Positions 1-12,300 of a DNA stretch of 64,000 nucleotides are shown here, piece after piece. Origin of the DNA: Cyanophora paradoxa CCMP329. Lineage: Eukaryota; Plantae; Glaucophyta. The notes beneath the pieces were generated by a model. That model searched no databases. It was not told where the DNA came from and worked only from the letters and a program-made list of their open reading frames with translations. Each line of letters starts with the position of its first letter. The first letter of the stretch is position 1. The position numbers and the translations under genes were made by a program. The stretch lies in assembly GCA_004431415.1 (NCBI GenBank), contig QPMI01000032.1, forward strand, positions 116,251-180,250, in the 5' to 3' direction.

Positions 1-75
1 AACGTACTCACTGAGTCATTACGTGACACGTTAAAACGTGACGTTATAACGCGTTATAACGACCCCAGAGATCAT

Positions 76-412
76 AGTGGAGTATTACGCCATGGCTACA
101 TAAACGAAAAATCCCGAAATAATACAAATACATTCGAATTCCCCACGATATTCAGTAATACATACTTTTCATCGATAAATTCAATCGAGATATTCCCACT
201 GACTCACTGATATCATCAATCATTTCATTAAACCCCTGACGATATTCAGTAACAAAAACAAAAAAATCACGCCATGGCTACAATTACATCTTTATCATCT
301 TTATCATATTTCATTTCCATTTCCCACTTACCTCGATTGCTTTATCGTTTTACTTCTCAGATTATACTTCTTCCTTACAACATTCTTTCGATTCGGCTTG
401 ATCCCTTCTTTC
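76..412 (+). repeat. PLV-A left TIR (337 bp)
   Basis: Reverse complement of 25173-25509; begins AGTGGAGTATTACGCCATGG; overlaps the 3' end of the integrase gene. Confidence 0.95.
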
Positions 413-1395
413 GCTAATTTGCGATTTACTTCATTCGTTTTCGCAACTCTTATAATCCTCTTTTGATCAGGAATCTTAATAACATCAGCCTTACTCACTT
501 TCTGTAACTCGTTCTTTTTAAAACGTCTCTTAACTTCCTTTACTTCTCCATCCATATTTTCTAATACTTTGAACCTATTGTTATCTTTTGCACCAATTGT
601 ATATACTTTCTTGCTAAACCTTGCACCTTCTTTATCAAATATCCCTTTGGGCTCCAACACCCGAACAGTATCGCCTTGTTTCACATCAACTTGTTCAGTA
701 TCTTTCACTTGGTCGTTATGCACTGAATCCCGCAAGTAAATATATAGCTGCTTATGGTCACTATTATATACATTGTTTGGGGTGTCGTTCTTCAAAGAAG
801 AATGAGGGGAACTGTTGTATGTGTCTAAAACTTCTTTCACTAAATCGAGCCATTTCGAGCTTCCCTTTGCAATCATTGCCTTTCTCAGATACTGCTTAAA
901 AGAAATCGTAAATCTATCTATGATACCTAACTTGTTGCCTACCGAAATGTGGTCGTCTTTTGCTACATCTGTGTAGAGTTCCACACCATTTGCGCTGCAC
1001 CATTCACGATAAACTCTCTGTGAAAACTCATTATCTCCCGCCAATCCTACAACTTTCCCGGCATCCTGCTTAAACCTATCTAAAATGCCCTGAATTTCGG
1101 AAGACTCTTTGAAAGGATACACGAATGCTCTCCTGCTCAAAATCTCAATGAAACTAAGCGCCTCACCAATGCCTCTATTAGCTGTTTGAAATCCTCTAAA
1201 AAACATAATGTCTACTTGAAATGATCGGGGTCTCGCTACAATACGTAAAAAGCTCTTTGGTCTTTTTGGTTTCTTGAAAATCTGTTGTAGTTCCGAGTTC
1301 TCGAACTGTTTTTTTAGTTTCGCCTCGTCAAAACTTACACCTTCATTAATTAGTTTCTGCCTGTATTTCTTGTATGATAACACTGTATCCATCAC
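328..1395 (-). CDS. rve-type (retroviral-like) integrase, PLV-A
   Basis: FQVDIM, AGDNEF, GIIDRFT, YNSSPHSSLK motifs; GDTVRV...F C-terminal region typical of Polinton integrases; close homolog at 8314-9375. Confidence 0.9.
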   Translation of the reverse strand: MMDTVLSYKKYRQKLINEGVSFDEAKLKKQFENSELQQIFKKPKRPKSFLRIVARPRSFQVDIMFFRGFQTANRGIGEALSFIEILSRRAFVYPFKESSEIQGILDRFKQDAGKVVGLAGDNEFSQRVYREWCSANGVELYTDVAKDDHISVGNKLGIIDRFTISFKQYLRKAMIAKGSSKWLDLVKEVLDTYNSSPHSSLKNDTPNNVYNSDHKQLYIYLRDSVHNDQVKDTEQVDVKQGDTVRVLEPKGIFDKEGARFSKKVYTIGAKDNNRFKVLENMDGEVKEVKRRFKKNELQKVSKADVIKIPDQKRIIRVAKTNEVNRKLAKEGIKPNRKNVVRKKYNLRSKTIKQSR

Positions 1396-4300
1396 TGAGC
1401 CGCACAGTTACACTTAATATGAGAGAGGGAAATATTACCGATAACATGAGCGACCGCATTGTTTTCGCGGTCAACCGAGACCTCATCGTAATCCATAATT
1501 TGGAAGCATCGCCAACAAAGCCCATTCTGAATTCCGAATCTTTGCTTTATCCATGGATAAGTAACATACATAGATTCGACGAAATCGCGACCTGCAACCT
1601 TGTCTTGATGTTTATAACCTTGAATCAGTCTATGCATTCTTGATTTGAAAGCGCCCATATCATAAATCTCGCTTCCATCCACACAAATCACGGTGTCCTT
1701 CAAATATGGTGTCCTGGTCAGTGCGACCCACAACCAATATTTGGTGACGTGGGGCGATTGCGCCTCGAAAACAACCACCCGCTTATTTTTTACGGTGTCA
1801 CCTTGCACAACGTGACACGTATTTGCATAGGGAAGCGTGAAATGCTTGATTGAATCGTATGGAAGCGTTATTTTAATGCTTTCATCTGCGTAGTCTGAAA
1901 TCGTAAGCGTGGTTTCGTTCAGATCCTCGATGATATACGAGAATCCATTATGGATGATTACACTCTCGTCATCTGCCGTCTTCCCTTTCGTCAGGCGCTG
2001 CTTTGCTATAATTTCGAGCCCTTTAAAATGAGTTGGCGTATCTATACCATACTTAATGCGGTGGATCATAGCATTAACCTGTGCTGCTTTGCGGTTTGTG
2101 TAAGTAATAGCTCTATCGTCAGGTCGCAACTGATCAGGCGAAATAACAGGTATGTTATGCTTTGCAAGGAATGCGGATATGTCCATGTTCTTTTCGAATA
2201 AATCTTGCTTCCATTCGAGAATCTTTTCGCGATCTTCTGGCAAAATGTGGCGCTTATTCACATGCAACTCTAACAAGCTCGGGAAGAGCTGCTCAAAGAT
2301 CTCGTTATAATATTCCTTCTGATCCACACTAAGGAACTGAATAGGTGGATTTTGCAACGGGTCACCATTCAGAATGTAGGTCTTGTCAGGGTAGGCGACT
2401 TTCATCATGTGTTTCAGTGCTGCAAGCTGTGGTATGCTAAGCTGGTAGCCTTCATCCATAACAATGCATTGATAAGGTGCAATCTTGCTTGCATTCGCAC
2501 CCACAACATCATCCATTTGGGAATCATCGATTTTCAGATTGAACGCACCATGAATGGTCATCACATTCTCCAAACCATCTTCGACTTTCATTTCTTTGAC
2601 ACGCTTGTTAGTGGGCGTGATATATAAGCAACTGTCGAATTTGCCACCGATCGCCTTGCTCACATACGACTTTCCGGTTCCTGGGGCATTTCCCTCAATT
2701 CTTATGCCTTTCCCTTTGGAAAGCATCATATCACATATCGCTTTTGTGTCAAATTCATCGGGAACCGTATATGTTGTGCAATCATTCTTTCTCACAGTAA
2801 CGAAATCCCTCAGTCTCTCCGGCTTGAAGAATCGAATCATTCCATTTGTCCTCTTTGTCTCAAGCTTCTTATGTAAGATCTTATTGCAATACTCATTGAA
2901 AGATATAGGTTTCGTGCTGAAACGTCCGATATTCTCATGCTTCGTGCGATCGAATTTAACTTCTTCTACATCTAAGCTTTCGTCGATTGCCTCATAGACT
3001 GCATCAACTTTAAGAGCCATAATGACACCCTTTGATTCCCTGCACTTCTTATACAGATCCATTCGTTGTTTTGAATAGACCATATTTTGGATTGGAAGGA
3101 ATCCATCTTTTAGTAGCCTTTCTTCTATTTTCTCCACATACCAAATGTGTGGGTCTGTTATCTCGTCAGCTGCAACAATGCGATCTGGGTTTTCGTAATC
3201 TTCAATTGCATGTTCTTCTTCAATTTCGGGTTTAACCTGATTTTTCCTTTGTTTTCGTTCTTCATAAGCTTGAATCCATTTTTCGTAGTTTGAGACTTTG
3301 ATTTGAGATTCGGTTTTGGCTTCTGTGGATTGATTGGGCTTCTTCTCACCGAGCCACAGTAATTTGACGTCGCCACCATGCTTTCTGGCAAACTCGATAG
3401 CATCCGATTTTAGGAAAAACGGTTTGGTTCGCGATCTCTGATTCTTTTGTTTCCCGAGCATTCCAATAATACTTACAAGAATCTGCTTCTTCTCAGTTTC
3501 GCTAAGGTTGCTCTCTAAGATCTGTTTGATAACATATTTAACAACGTTCTTGACAATTCGATATGGTTTTAAGATGTATTTTACATCGATTATGTCTATC
3601 AGGTCATCAAAGTATTCTTTGAGCATGATCCCTGGGATCAGGTTACATGGTGAATCTATGAGAATTCGCTTTGCTTTGGGATATCTGTATTGCACCCACT
3701 CCTTTCCAGTAGAGTCCTTCTTAATAAGGTATTGTCCTTTCTTCAAAGTCACGTAGTAGAAGCTGTAAGGTTCCACATCGGCGACTGATTGTATGGACAC
3801 ATCCTTAAAGTCATCGAATTCGCTAAATACCGGGAAATACTCAAACGAATTTACGTGACCTGCATAGGCTTTGCAACCATCGTGTTCGAACATTTTCAGG
3901 CACCCATCATTCAAATCCTTAATGATTTCGGCGGAATCTTCAAAGCGACCATTTAAGGCACTCTGGGAACCGACCACGAAAGCATTTCGTGTGCTTTCGT
4001 TGTAGGAACTCTTCAAGGATCTGTTAATTAATGCTTCGTAGAACATGTTATTATATTTGGTAAATGCATCCCGCTGCTCTGAGTTCTCGAACTGCAAGTG
4101 GTAAGCTGTCTCAACTTCGACTTCTGGGCACACAGGTATAATGATGACATCCTTGTTCTGATACTTGAACCTTATGCTTTGGATGGATCCGAGAACCGAA
4201 ATTCTGGCATCAGCTATGTAATTATGCACTGTCAGGAAGGAAGCATACAATTTAGTCAGACCACCTGCACCACCGTAATTGATGCGGATAAGGTTCTTTT

Positions 4301-4554
4301 TTGTCGCCTCATCTGATTGGAGAATACCTACAATATGATCCTCATTGGCTGCGAAAAAACTACCACTGTTGTTATCGTTTCTTCTTAGCCTGTATCTGCA
4401 ACCCAACGGCATATCTTTCTCAGTAGGCTTAGATCCATTGAAAGATTGAATGAGGCTCTCAACATTATTATTGAGTAAATACATGTGTCCATTTTGAACT
4501 TTGACATACATGGTGGATGGTCGGAGGAATTTGTTCCTCGTTCTCTTTCCGTTT
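1392..4554 (-). pseudogene. 3' part of the interrupted PLV-A replication gene (PolB-like palm + SF1/RecD-like helicase + HNH-like C-terminus)
   Basis: Walker A GNAPGTGKS, Walker B IVMDE, GDPLQNPP, YANTCHVVQG, WVALTR; C-terminal CWRC...VDR...H...N...CN; colinear with the PLV-B protein. Confidence 0.88.
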
Positions 4555-4568
4555 GCATCCACAGGAAT

Positions 4569-7390
4569 TTTTTTCACAAAGCCCATATCAAGGGCGGTGG
4601 CGATTGTATTTGTTCAGTAACATCATCGTACGCACTACCGGTTCGGAATAGGCCGAACTCTGGGTCAGAGCATAACCTGAGGCCGGAACACAGGGATAGG
4701 CGCCTCGACGCTACAGCTGAGCGTTTCTCTTGTGGGGGGAGGCGTGGGAGGGGGTCGTAGGTGTGAGTGTAGACGTACAGTTGGGAGTCGTGGCGCCATG
4801 GGGGCCAAGCTTATCAGTCAGGGGAGAGCGGGGCGGGGAGGGAGGGGGGGAGGGGAGCGGCGCGGGCTAGGGTAGCGGGCGCGCCCCCCGATTTTTATTG
4901 CGTGTGGGGCGCGGGGTGGGTGTGGGCCGGGTAGGGGCTTTATCGGGTATGCCGCGGCCGCGGGGACGGGCGGTGGCGGGCGGGGTGGGCACCCTAGGAG
5001 GGTCAGGGGACAGAGGGGCGTGGCGGGGGCGCAGGCCGTGGAGCTAGTCTGTCGCAAGCGTCCGGGCCGGAGAGATGCTTAGGGAGGTGGGGCGAACCCG
5101 TAGGCGGGCAAGGCTTAATGCGAGGGCGGGTAGGGGGGTGTCATTGCTTCATGGAGCTATCTAACTCAGAGAGGAGGGCGGCGGGCTTGTCACAAGGCCC
5201 CTTTCTTCGGCAGTCATGCTACCGCAAATTGTAGAGAGAGGAAAGAGAAAGAAATCGGGGGCCGAAAGGGTAAAAGTGCCGAGAGAGGAAATTTCTACGC
5301 TGCCGCGTTGTCGGCGGCGGCCGCCCGGCGGCCGGCCAGGAGGGCCTCGATGGCGGCGGGGCCCCCGAGGGCCCAGGTGAGCTCGGCGAGCACGCGCTGG
5401 GCCGCCTGGTAGTTGGTAAGCGAGATGGTGGCCGGCCCAGGGCCGGGGGCGGGGGCCGGGCCCGGGGCGGGCGCGGGGGCGGCGGCCGGTGCCGGGGCGG
5501 CGGCGGCGGCGACGGCGGCGGCAGCGGCGGCGGCGGCAGCAGCGGCAGCGGTGGCGGCGTTGGCGGCAGCAGCGGGGGCGGCCGCGGCGGCCGCGGCGGC
5601 GGGGCGGGGGCGGCGGCACCGCCCTCGCGCTTCTTGACGGCGTCGGGGCCGAAGCGCTCGATCGCGCGCTTGTGGGACTGGGCGGCGATGTCCGCCGCGA
5701 GCTGGGCGGCCTCCTCGGGGTCTTGTCCTCGTTAAGGGCGCTGAGGCGGTTGAGCCGGCGCGCCCCCGTCGAGTGGCCGGGGCGGTAGGACGCGCGGCCA
5801 CCCCGTCGGGGTAGTTGATGCGGTGCTCCCGGGATCGAGATCTTCTTGCTGTTCTTGGTGGCCTCGAGGGCCACCGAGTCGGGGCCGCCCCCTATAGCTA
5901 TATATATGCAAATGATCATGAGCTCAAGGGCCTATATAGCTAGCTATGCGCTTGTACGCATGCAGTATATATATACCGTACGCGGACCCTGTCCTGGTTC
6001 TCTTGTTAAACGTTTAGACTCTGAGAGATTTGCATGCAAGTTCGAGCTCGAGCGAGGGTGCCCAGCTCCCTCGTGCAGTTAAAATCTTTCGAATCGCTCC
6101 ACTAGGGGGCCAAGCTTTTAAGGGCCTCCTAAAGCAGACGGGGGCCGACTTATTCGTGTGTATATCGATATCGCAGGCGCCCCTCAAGCTCGCCGACCGT
6201 ATAGGAGGCTTGCATCGCGGGGGGTGTGCAGGGGACCGGTCGCCTCGTGGGGGAGGGGCCGGCGGGCATGAGGGGCGGGCGGCGCGGGGCCTGGCAGCGA
6301 CCGCCGGGGACGCACTGCCCGCCGCTGGGAAGTCTTCGACGGAGCCGGGGATTCCGGGTCCGATAGTGGGCGAGCGCCATCAGGCTCGGACCCCACGAGG
6401 GCGGGTCCCGGCGAGGCCGGGCCCTGAGGCAGGCGAGCGCCGTCTGGCTCAGACCCCGCGGTGGTAGCTGGGCGAGCGTTTGAGTGCTCATGCGCCCGGG
6501 TAGACGTAGGGGACGTCGGCTTGCATGCCGGCGCCAGCGGCGCCAGGGGAACGATTTGCATAGGCGCCAGCGGCGCCAGCAGAGGCGGCATCACAGCTCG
6601 GGGCTCTGTCCACTGCCGCGTCTTGGGGCGCTTGCTCCGCGTCCCGCCAGAGGCCTGCGAGCGTCGCGCACGCGTCACGGAGAGCCAAGTGAGCGGGGGG
6701 GACGCGGCCCCGTGGTTCTTGAGTGTCGTGCTGGCGCGGGCGGCCCCGCGCACGGGCCGCCGGCGCCGGCGTGCTCTGTGGCCGTACGGGTCCGGCGTCA
6801 GAGTTCATAGAGGAGGGGCGCGGGCGGAGGGCGTGAGCGACGGGCGCGGGGAGGGTCCCGCATGATCGGCGGCAGCGGAGCCGGGTGCGTTGGCGGAGCC
6901 ACGCGTCCGACTGCGCGGAGTCGAGTCGAGTTGTGCGTCGTGCGCTGTGGGCGTGGGCTCAGGCGAGCCGCGCATGCGCGGGTGGCATGCGTTGGCGGGA
7001 AGGCGGGCGGAGCGAGGACGGGAGCTTAAACGGGCGTATGTTGGCTCTAGATGTTGTGGGGCGTCTCTCGGGCGCGCTCGGAGTGGCAGGAGAAGGCGGC
7101 GGGGACCGGCCCGTTTAAACACGTTACCGCGGGAGCTGGCGCGAGTCGCGGCGCCAACAGGGGCGCAGCTGCTCTTCGAGATGTCTGTGGTGTCGCTGCG
7201 GCTGTCGTTGCCCGCCCGGCGGACCTACTTTGCGCGTTCGGGCCGTGCTGGTCGTTGGGCGTCGGCGCCGCGAGTTTTGGGACCGGCCACGTGCAGTGCT
7301 AGCAGGCACCCTCGTTGGGGAAGCCCCACTGCGCCGGCTTACTCGCTCGCGGGCCTTCGCGCAATTTTCCGGGGTACCGGAATCGCGGCC
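4569..7390 (-). mobile_element. 2.8-kb GC-rich retroposed insertion (non-autonomous non-LTR-type) inside the PLV-A replication gene
   Basis: 14-bp TSD GCATCCACAGGAAT at 4555-4568 and 7391-7404; T-run at the left junction (oligo-A tail on the minus strand); abrupt GC shift; removal restores the frame SYIPVDANGKR. Confidence 0.85.
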
Positions 7391-8068
7391 GCATCCACAG
7401 GAATATAGGATAGGGCATAGTCCACTTTATCATTCTCGTCTAGTACTATCATAGAAAGCTTGTATGGCTTCAGAAATGCATCGGTAATTTGTCGTAATGA
7501 TAATCCCATATCGTCCCCATCAACAGGATCCCGACCATGCACCAATTTGAACAAGAAGGCATGATTCAGCTTGATAGAAACGTAGCGCCCATAATCTTTG
7601 GCTTTTTCAAACGCTGGTGCAAATACAGCAATGATAGCATCATGCACACATGATTTAATTCTCAATTCCTTGTTCTTTGTTTTATCAAAGAAATCACAGA
7701 ATGACTTTGAGTTAACATCAAATTCGTAAGTAAGATACTTAGATGGGATCATAGGCGCTTGATAGTCTCGTAAGATCTGGTCGATCCTGGGGATAAAGTC
7801 GTTATCGTTCTCAGGTCTTATCTTCTCGATTGTCAGGACATCACTGTAAGTGCCTGTGTGAACGTTTTTCAGATAAATTAAATCAGGGTTTCTATTACCA
7901 AACTGCATGTTTTCGAAAATGAATTGTTTGATTGCTTTTTTTTCGAAACATGGGACATTGGTAAATGGTCTGTTCATAAGATCGAGGGATTTTATGAAAA
8001 GGTCTTTCTTCAATTTAACCGAATGGAATGAACCGTCTTTTCTGTCTTTGAGAACTTGGTAGTATCTG
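7391..8068 (-). pseudogene. Middle fragment of the PLV-A replication gene
   Basis: LFKLVHGRDPVDGDDMG matches LFKMVNGRDPVEGDDWG of the PLV-B homolog; joins both neighbouring fragments in frame. Confidence 0.9.
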
Positions 8069-8073
8069 TCACC

Positions 8074-8316
8074 AGCTCAGCACTGCGCCGTGTCTCCAAA
8101 AAAATCCCCGCGAAAAAATCAAAAACAAATCAAAAACAAACCATTCCCAGTAACCCTATTCGTATTCAACAGTAATCTCAGTAAGCCTCAGTAACAAAAA
8201 TCGAATTAATCGAAGTTATATCTTAAATCTTATTTATCGAAGTTATATCATAATCTCGATTAATTATATTTAATCGAAGTTATTTCCTTTTTATCCGCCG
8301 TGTCTCCCATGATTTA
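8074..8316 (+). repeat. PLV-B left TIR (243 bp)
   Basis: Begins AGCTCAGCACTGCGCCGTGTCTCC; inverted copy at 19073-19315. Confidence 0.93.
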
Positions 8317-9375
8317 GCGTTTCGTTAAACCACTTCTCAGATTGTATCTTCTCCTTACAACATTACTTCGATTGGGTTTTATGCCTTCCTTTGCTACCAA
8401 TCGATTCACTTTATTCGTCTTATTAACCTGCTGAATTCTTTTTTGCGATGGGATCTTTATGATATCATCTTTATTCACCTTTTGCAATTCTTGCTTCTTA
8501 AATCTCCTCTTCACTTCTTTCGTTTCCTCACCATCATTATCTTCAAGCACTTTGAAACGATTCCTATCAGCCTTTGCAACAGTGTAGACCTTCTGACTGA
8601 ATTGCGCACCTTCTTTTTCAAATAACCCCTTCGGTTGCAAAACTCGAACTGTGTCTCCTGGTTTCACTTGATTAGTATCAGCCTCCTTTACACGATTGTT
8701 GTGAACAGTATCTCTCATGTAAATAAATAACTGTTTATCTTCATTTGTATACACTGCATTCGGTGAGTCATTTTTCAATGCCGAATGGGGACTGCTATTA
8801 TACAAGTCAATAACATCACTAAGTAGATCGATCCATTTCGTGGTTCCCTTTGCTGTCATCGTTTTTCTGAGATACTGTTTGAAAGTCCTAGTGAACCTAT
8901 CAATAATCCCCAGTTTATCTCCTACTGTGATGTGGTCATCCTTTGCCACATCTGTGTAAAGCATCACACCATGTTCACTGCACCAATTTCGGTATACTGC
9001 TTGGGAGAACTCATTATCCCCAGAGAGAGCATTAACTTTGCCTGCTTCTTGCTTGAACCTATTTAAAATACTCGGGATCTCACTGCTGTTTTTAAAAGGA
9101 TAAACAAATCCTTTGCGACTAAGTATGTCTACGAAACTAAGCATTTTGAAAATGCCATTGTTGGCAGTCTGAAACCCTCTGAAATATGTTATATCGATTT
9201 GAAACGATCTAGGCTTTGCCACTATGCGAAGAAACGATTTGGGTTTCCTTGGTTTCTTGTAGATTTGCTGGAGTTCTGAGTTTTTGAATTTCTTTTTCAA
9301 CTCTTTTTCATCAAAACTCACTTTTTCATTAATCAGTTTCTGCCTATACTTTTTGAATGATAATACACTATCCAT
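8314..9375 (-). CDS. rve-type integrase, PLV-B
   Basis: FQIDIT, SGDNEF, GIIDRFTRTFK, YNSSPHSALK; highly similar to 328-1395. Confidence 0.9.
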   Translation of the reverse strand: MDSVLSFKKYRQKLINEKVSFDEKELKKKFKNSELQQIYKKPRKPKSFLRIVAKPRSFQIDITYFRGFQTANNGIFKMLSFVDILSRKGFVYPFKNSSEIPSILNRFKQEAGKVNALSGDNEFSQAVYRNWCSEHGVMLYTDVAKDDHITVGDKLGIIDRFTRTFKQYLRKTMTAKGTTKWIDLLSDVIDLYNSSPHSALKNDSPNAVYTNEDKQLFIYMRDTVHNNRVKEADTNQVKPGDTVRVLQPKGLFEKEGAQFSQKVYTVAKADRNRFKVLEDNDGEETKEVKRRFKKQELQKVNKDDIIKIPSQKRIQQVNKTNKVNRLVAKEGIKPNRSNVVRRRYNLRSGLTKR

Positions 9376-12300
9376 TATTGGGCGGCGCAGTTACACTTAA
9401 TATGAGAGAGGAAACAATTTTTGGTAACGTGAGCCACAGCATTATTAATTCGATCTACCGAAATATCTTCAAAGTCCATGGCATTGTAGCATCGCAGGCA
9501 ATGCCCATACTGCTTCCCATATCGCTGCTTGATCCAATCCCATGTGATGTAATCATGCTCATCGAATTGTCTGTTTGCTGCTCGGTCCTGATCCTTGTAA
9601 GTCGATATTTTCTCGTTATTCTCTCTCTTCCACACCTTCCAGTGAGCCATTTCGAAATTATCATGGTAAATAACGACATCATCCAGCCTTGTGGTTCGTG
9701 TGAGAGCAACATAGAGCCACTTCTTTGACACAAATGGCGCCCCAGTTTCGAACACAACTACCCTGTTCCCTTTGCAGCGAATAGTATCACCTTGAACAAC
9801 ATGGCATGTGTTTGCATAAGCCAGGGCGAAATGTTTGACTGCATCCCTGCTGAGAACAATCTCATCCTTCTTGTTGGCAATGTCAGCAATAATGAAACTG
9901 TCCTTTGAGAGCTTGACAATCTTGTAGACAAATCCATTATGAACTATTTTTCCGCCCTTTGCAATACGAGTCTTTGCAACAACTTTGATGCCGCCAGCAT
10001 AAATGGAAACATTATCCCCGTAGTTCATTTTGTGAAGGGCTAGGTTCACCTCTGCACCCTTGCGGTTTGTGTAAACAATGCCAATATCAGTCTTTTCCAA
10101 TTCGTCCACAACCTTGAACCCATACTTCGCAAGGACCTCACTTACACTCAAACCTTTCTCGAACAAATCGATTCGAATCTGCTCAACCTTTCTGCGATCT
10201 TCCTCAGTCTCATGTCGCTTGTTCACTTGGAGTAACAATTCGTTGGGGAACAGGCGATGGAGAATATCGAGGTAATACTCATCTTGGTCAACACTCATAT
10301 CTTGGATGGGTGGGTTTTGGTACGGGTCCCCTGTGGCGATGTATACCTTATCTGGGAACTGCTCATTCATGATGTGGTCCAAGGCTGCCAGTTCCCCAAT
10401 CTTAAACTGACAGATCTCATCAATAACAATGCAATCAAATTCTACCAAACCAGAGGCATTTCCTCCTACAATTTCATCCATGTTTGACTCATCAATTTTA
10501 AGGTGAAGGGCATCATAGATTGTCTTTACATTTTTCAATCCTTGCTCTTTCATTTCTTTCACTCGCTTATTGGTGGGAACAATGTAGAGGGGATTTTGGA
10601 AACGCTTCCCATAATCAACTGTCATGTAAGTCTTTCCAACTCCCGGAACTACTCCGAGAAGAACCCATCGTTTTTGTGTAGCCAGCAAATCACAAATCGC
10701 GGTTGTGTCATACTCATCAACCACAGAGTGTTTGGTATAACTGTAGTTCTCGATTTTCACAAAGTCAGTCGCTCTCTCAAACTTTCCGTAACGAATTCGT
10801 TTTGCCTCGAGGTCTTTCTTCTCACCTGAAAACTTTTTAGAAAAATTGGGGCAGCATTTCACACTGAAGTTTCCAATATTCTCAAAGGCATTGCGATCGA
10901 ATGACACTGGGGCAATGGGTTCATAAGCGATCCCATAAACACAATCGGTGTTCAAAGCGAGTGGTCGGATTTGCTGTTTAGCGAGTTCGACACACTTCTC
11001 ATACATACACATCCTCATAATTGACAAGAGGGTAGTGTACAATGGCATGAAGCCATCAATGAGCTGCTTTTCTGCTACCTGATTGACATAGTAGATATGG
11101 GGTTCGGTCATCTCTTCCTCACACAGAACGAACTCTGTCTCCTCATAAGTGGCAAGAGTCTCACCAAAGAGGTAAATTTTAACCTCCCTCCGTTCTGTTT
11201 CTGGAACTCGATCGCATCGTCTCTGTTGTGGAAAATGGTGGTTTTCACTCTGCTATTTCGTTGCTTTCCAGTTTGCCCAATTGCACTCACCAAGATCTGC
11301 TTCTTATCAACAGGATCGAGGTCGCTATCTAAGATTCGAGCAACTGTGTTGCCTGCAAGGTTGGGAATGAGTTTGTAAGGTCGCAGAACCGCTTTGATGG
11401 AGATGTCATCCTTGAAATCCTCGAAATGCTTTTTGAGAACCAAACCAGGAACAACATTGTACTTGGAATCAATGATCATCCTCTTGTATCTGTTGTAGGT
11501 GTTTGCTTCGTACTCCTTTCCGTTCTTGTCTTTGGCTTTGAAAAAGTATTTGTCGTCCAGTTTCACGTAATAGAAGCTGTATTCCTCGATTTGCTCTGCA
11601 TCTGTGATTGTCACACTCTTGAAGACATCGAACTTGCTGAGAACAGGAACGAATTTGATCATCAAGGCTACAATGTAAGGGTATGCTTTGCACATATCGA
11701 ACTCGTAAATATCTGTGTTATAGCGAATTTCATCAAAGGTCTCCTCATCCACATCAAAGAGACCACGAAGGGCAGTCTGCACTCCATTCTTGAATGCATT
11801 TATGGTTTGCTCATTGTAAGTACTCTTGTTGGAAGTGTTGATTAGAGACCTATACATATCCAGATTTAGTTTCTCGAATTTATCTCTGTACTCAGCATTC
11901 TTGAAGCTAATCTCGAAAGCTGTTTCCACATCTGTATCGTTACCAGGTGGGGTCACGACAACATCCTTATCGTCAATAGTGAAACGAATATGGGTTGCCT
12001 TTCCGATTTGGGAGAACCCAGGTTGGACCTGATAATTATGCACCACAATGAACTCTCTGAGTAGTTCATCCAGTGAACCACCATAGCAGATTCGAATGCT
12101 CGATTGGTTCTTTGGATTGTCAGACCTGACAATTCTCAGAATGTCATCGGGATTTGTGGCAAACTCCTTGAACCTTCTTTGCTTTATAATCTTGTAACGA
12201 GAACTGAGTGGAACATTGGTATCTTTTGGCTTGGAGCCATTGAAGGACTGTGTGAGAGCCTTAATATTGTGATTTAACAAATACATGTGACCATTCTCAA

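Noticed and set aside
7270-7390. HDV-like ribozyme at the 5' end of the retroposed insert
   Set aside because: The terminal GGCCGCG can pair with a downstream CGTGGCC followed by GG, but I could not find the required L3/P1.1 and J4/2 elements
4818-7454. Many overlapping long ORFs in the GC-rich insert
   Set aside because: Low-complexity Ala/Arg/Pro/Gly frames expected from stop-codon scarcity; no RT, endonuclease or other domain motif seen
11108-11190. Programmed frameshift, or two separate genes, in the PLV-B replicase
   Set aside because: The PLV-A ortholog is continuous here and one extra G restores homology, so an indel or sequencing error is simpler
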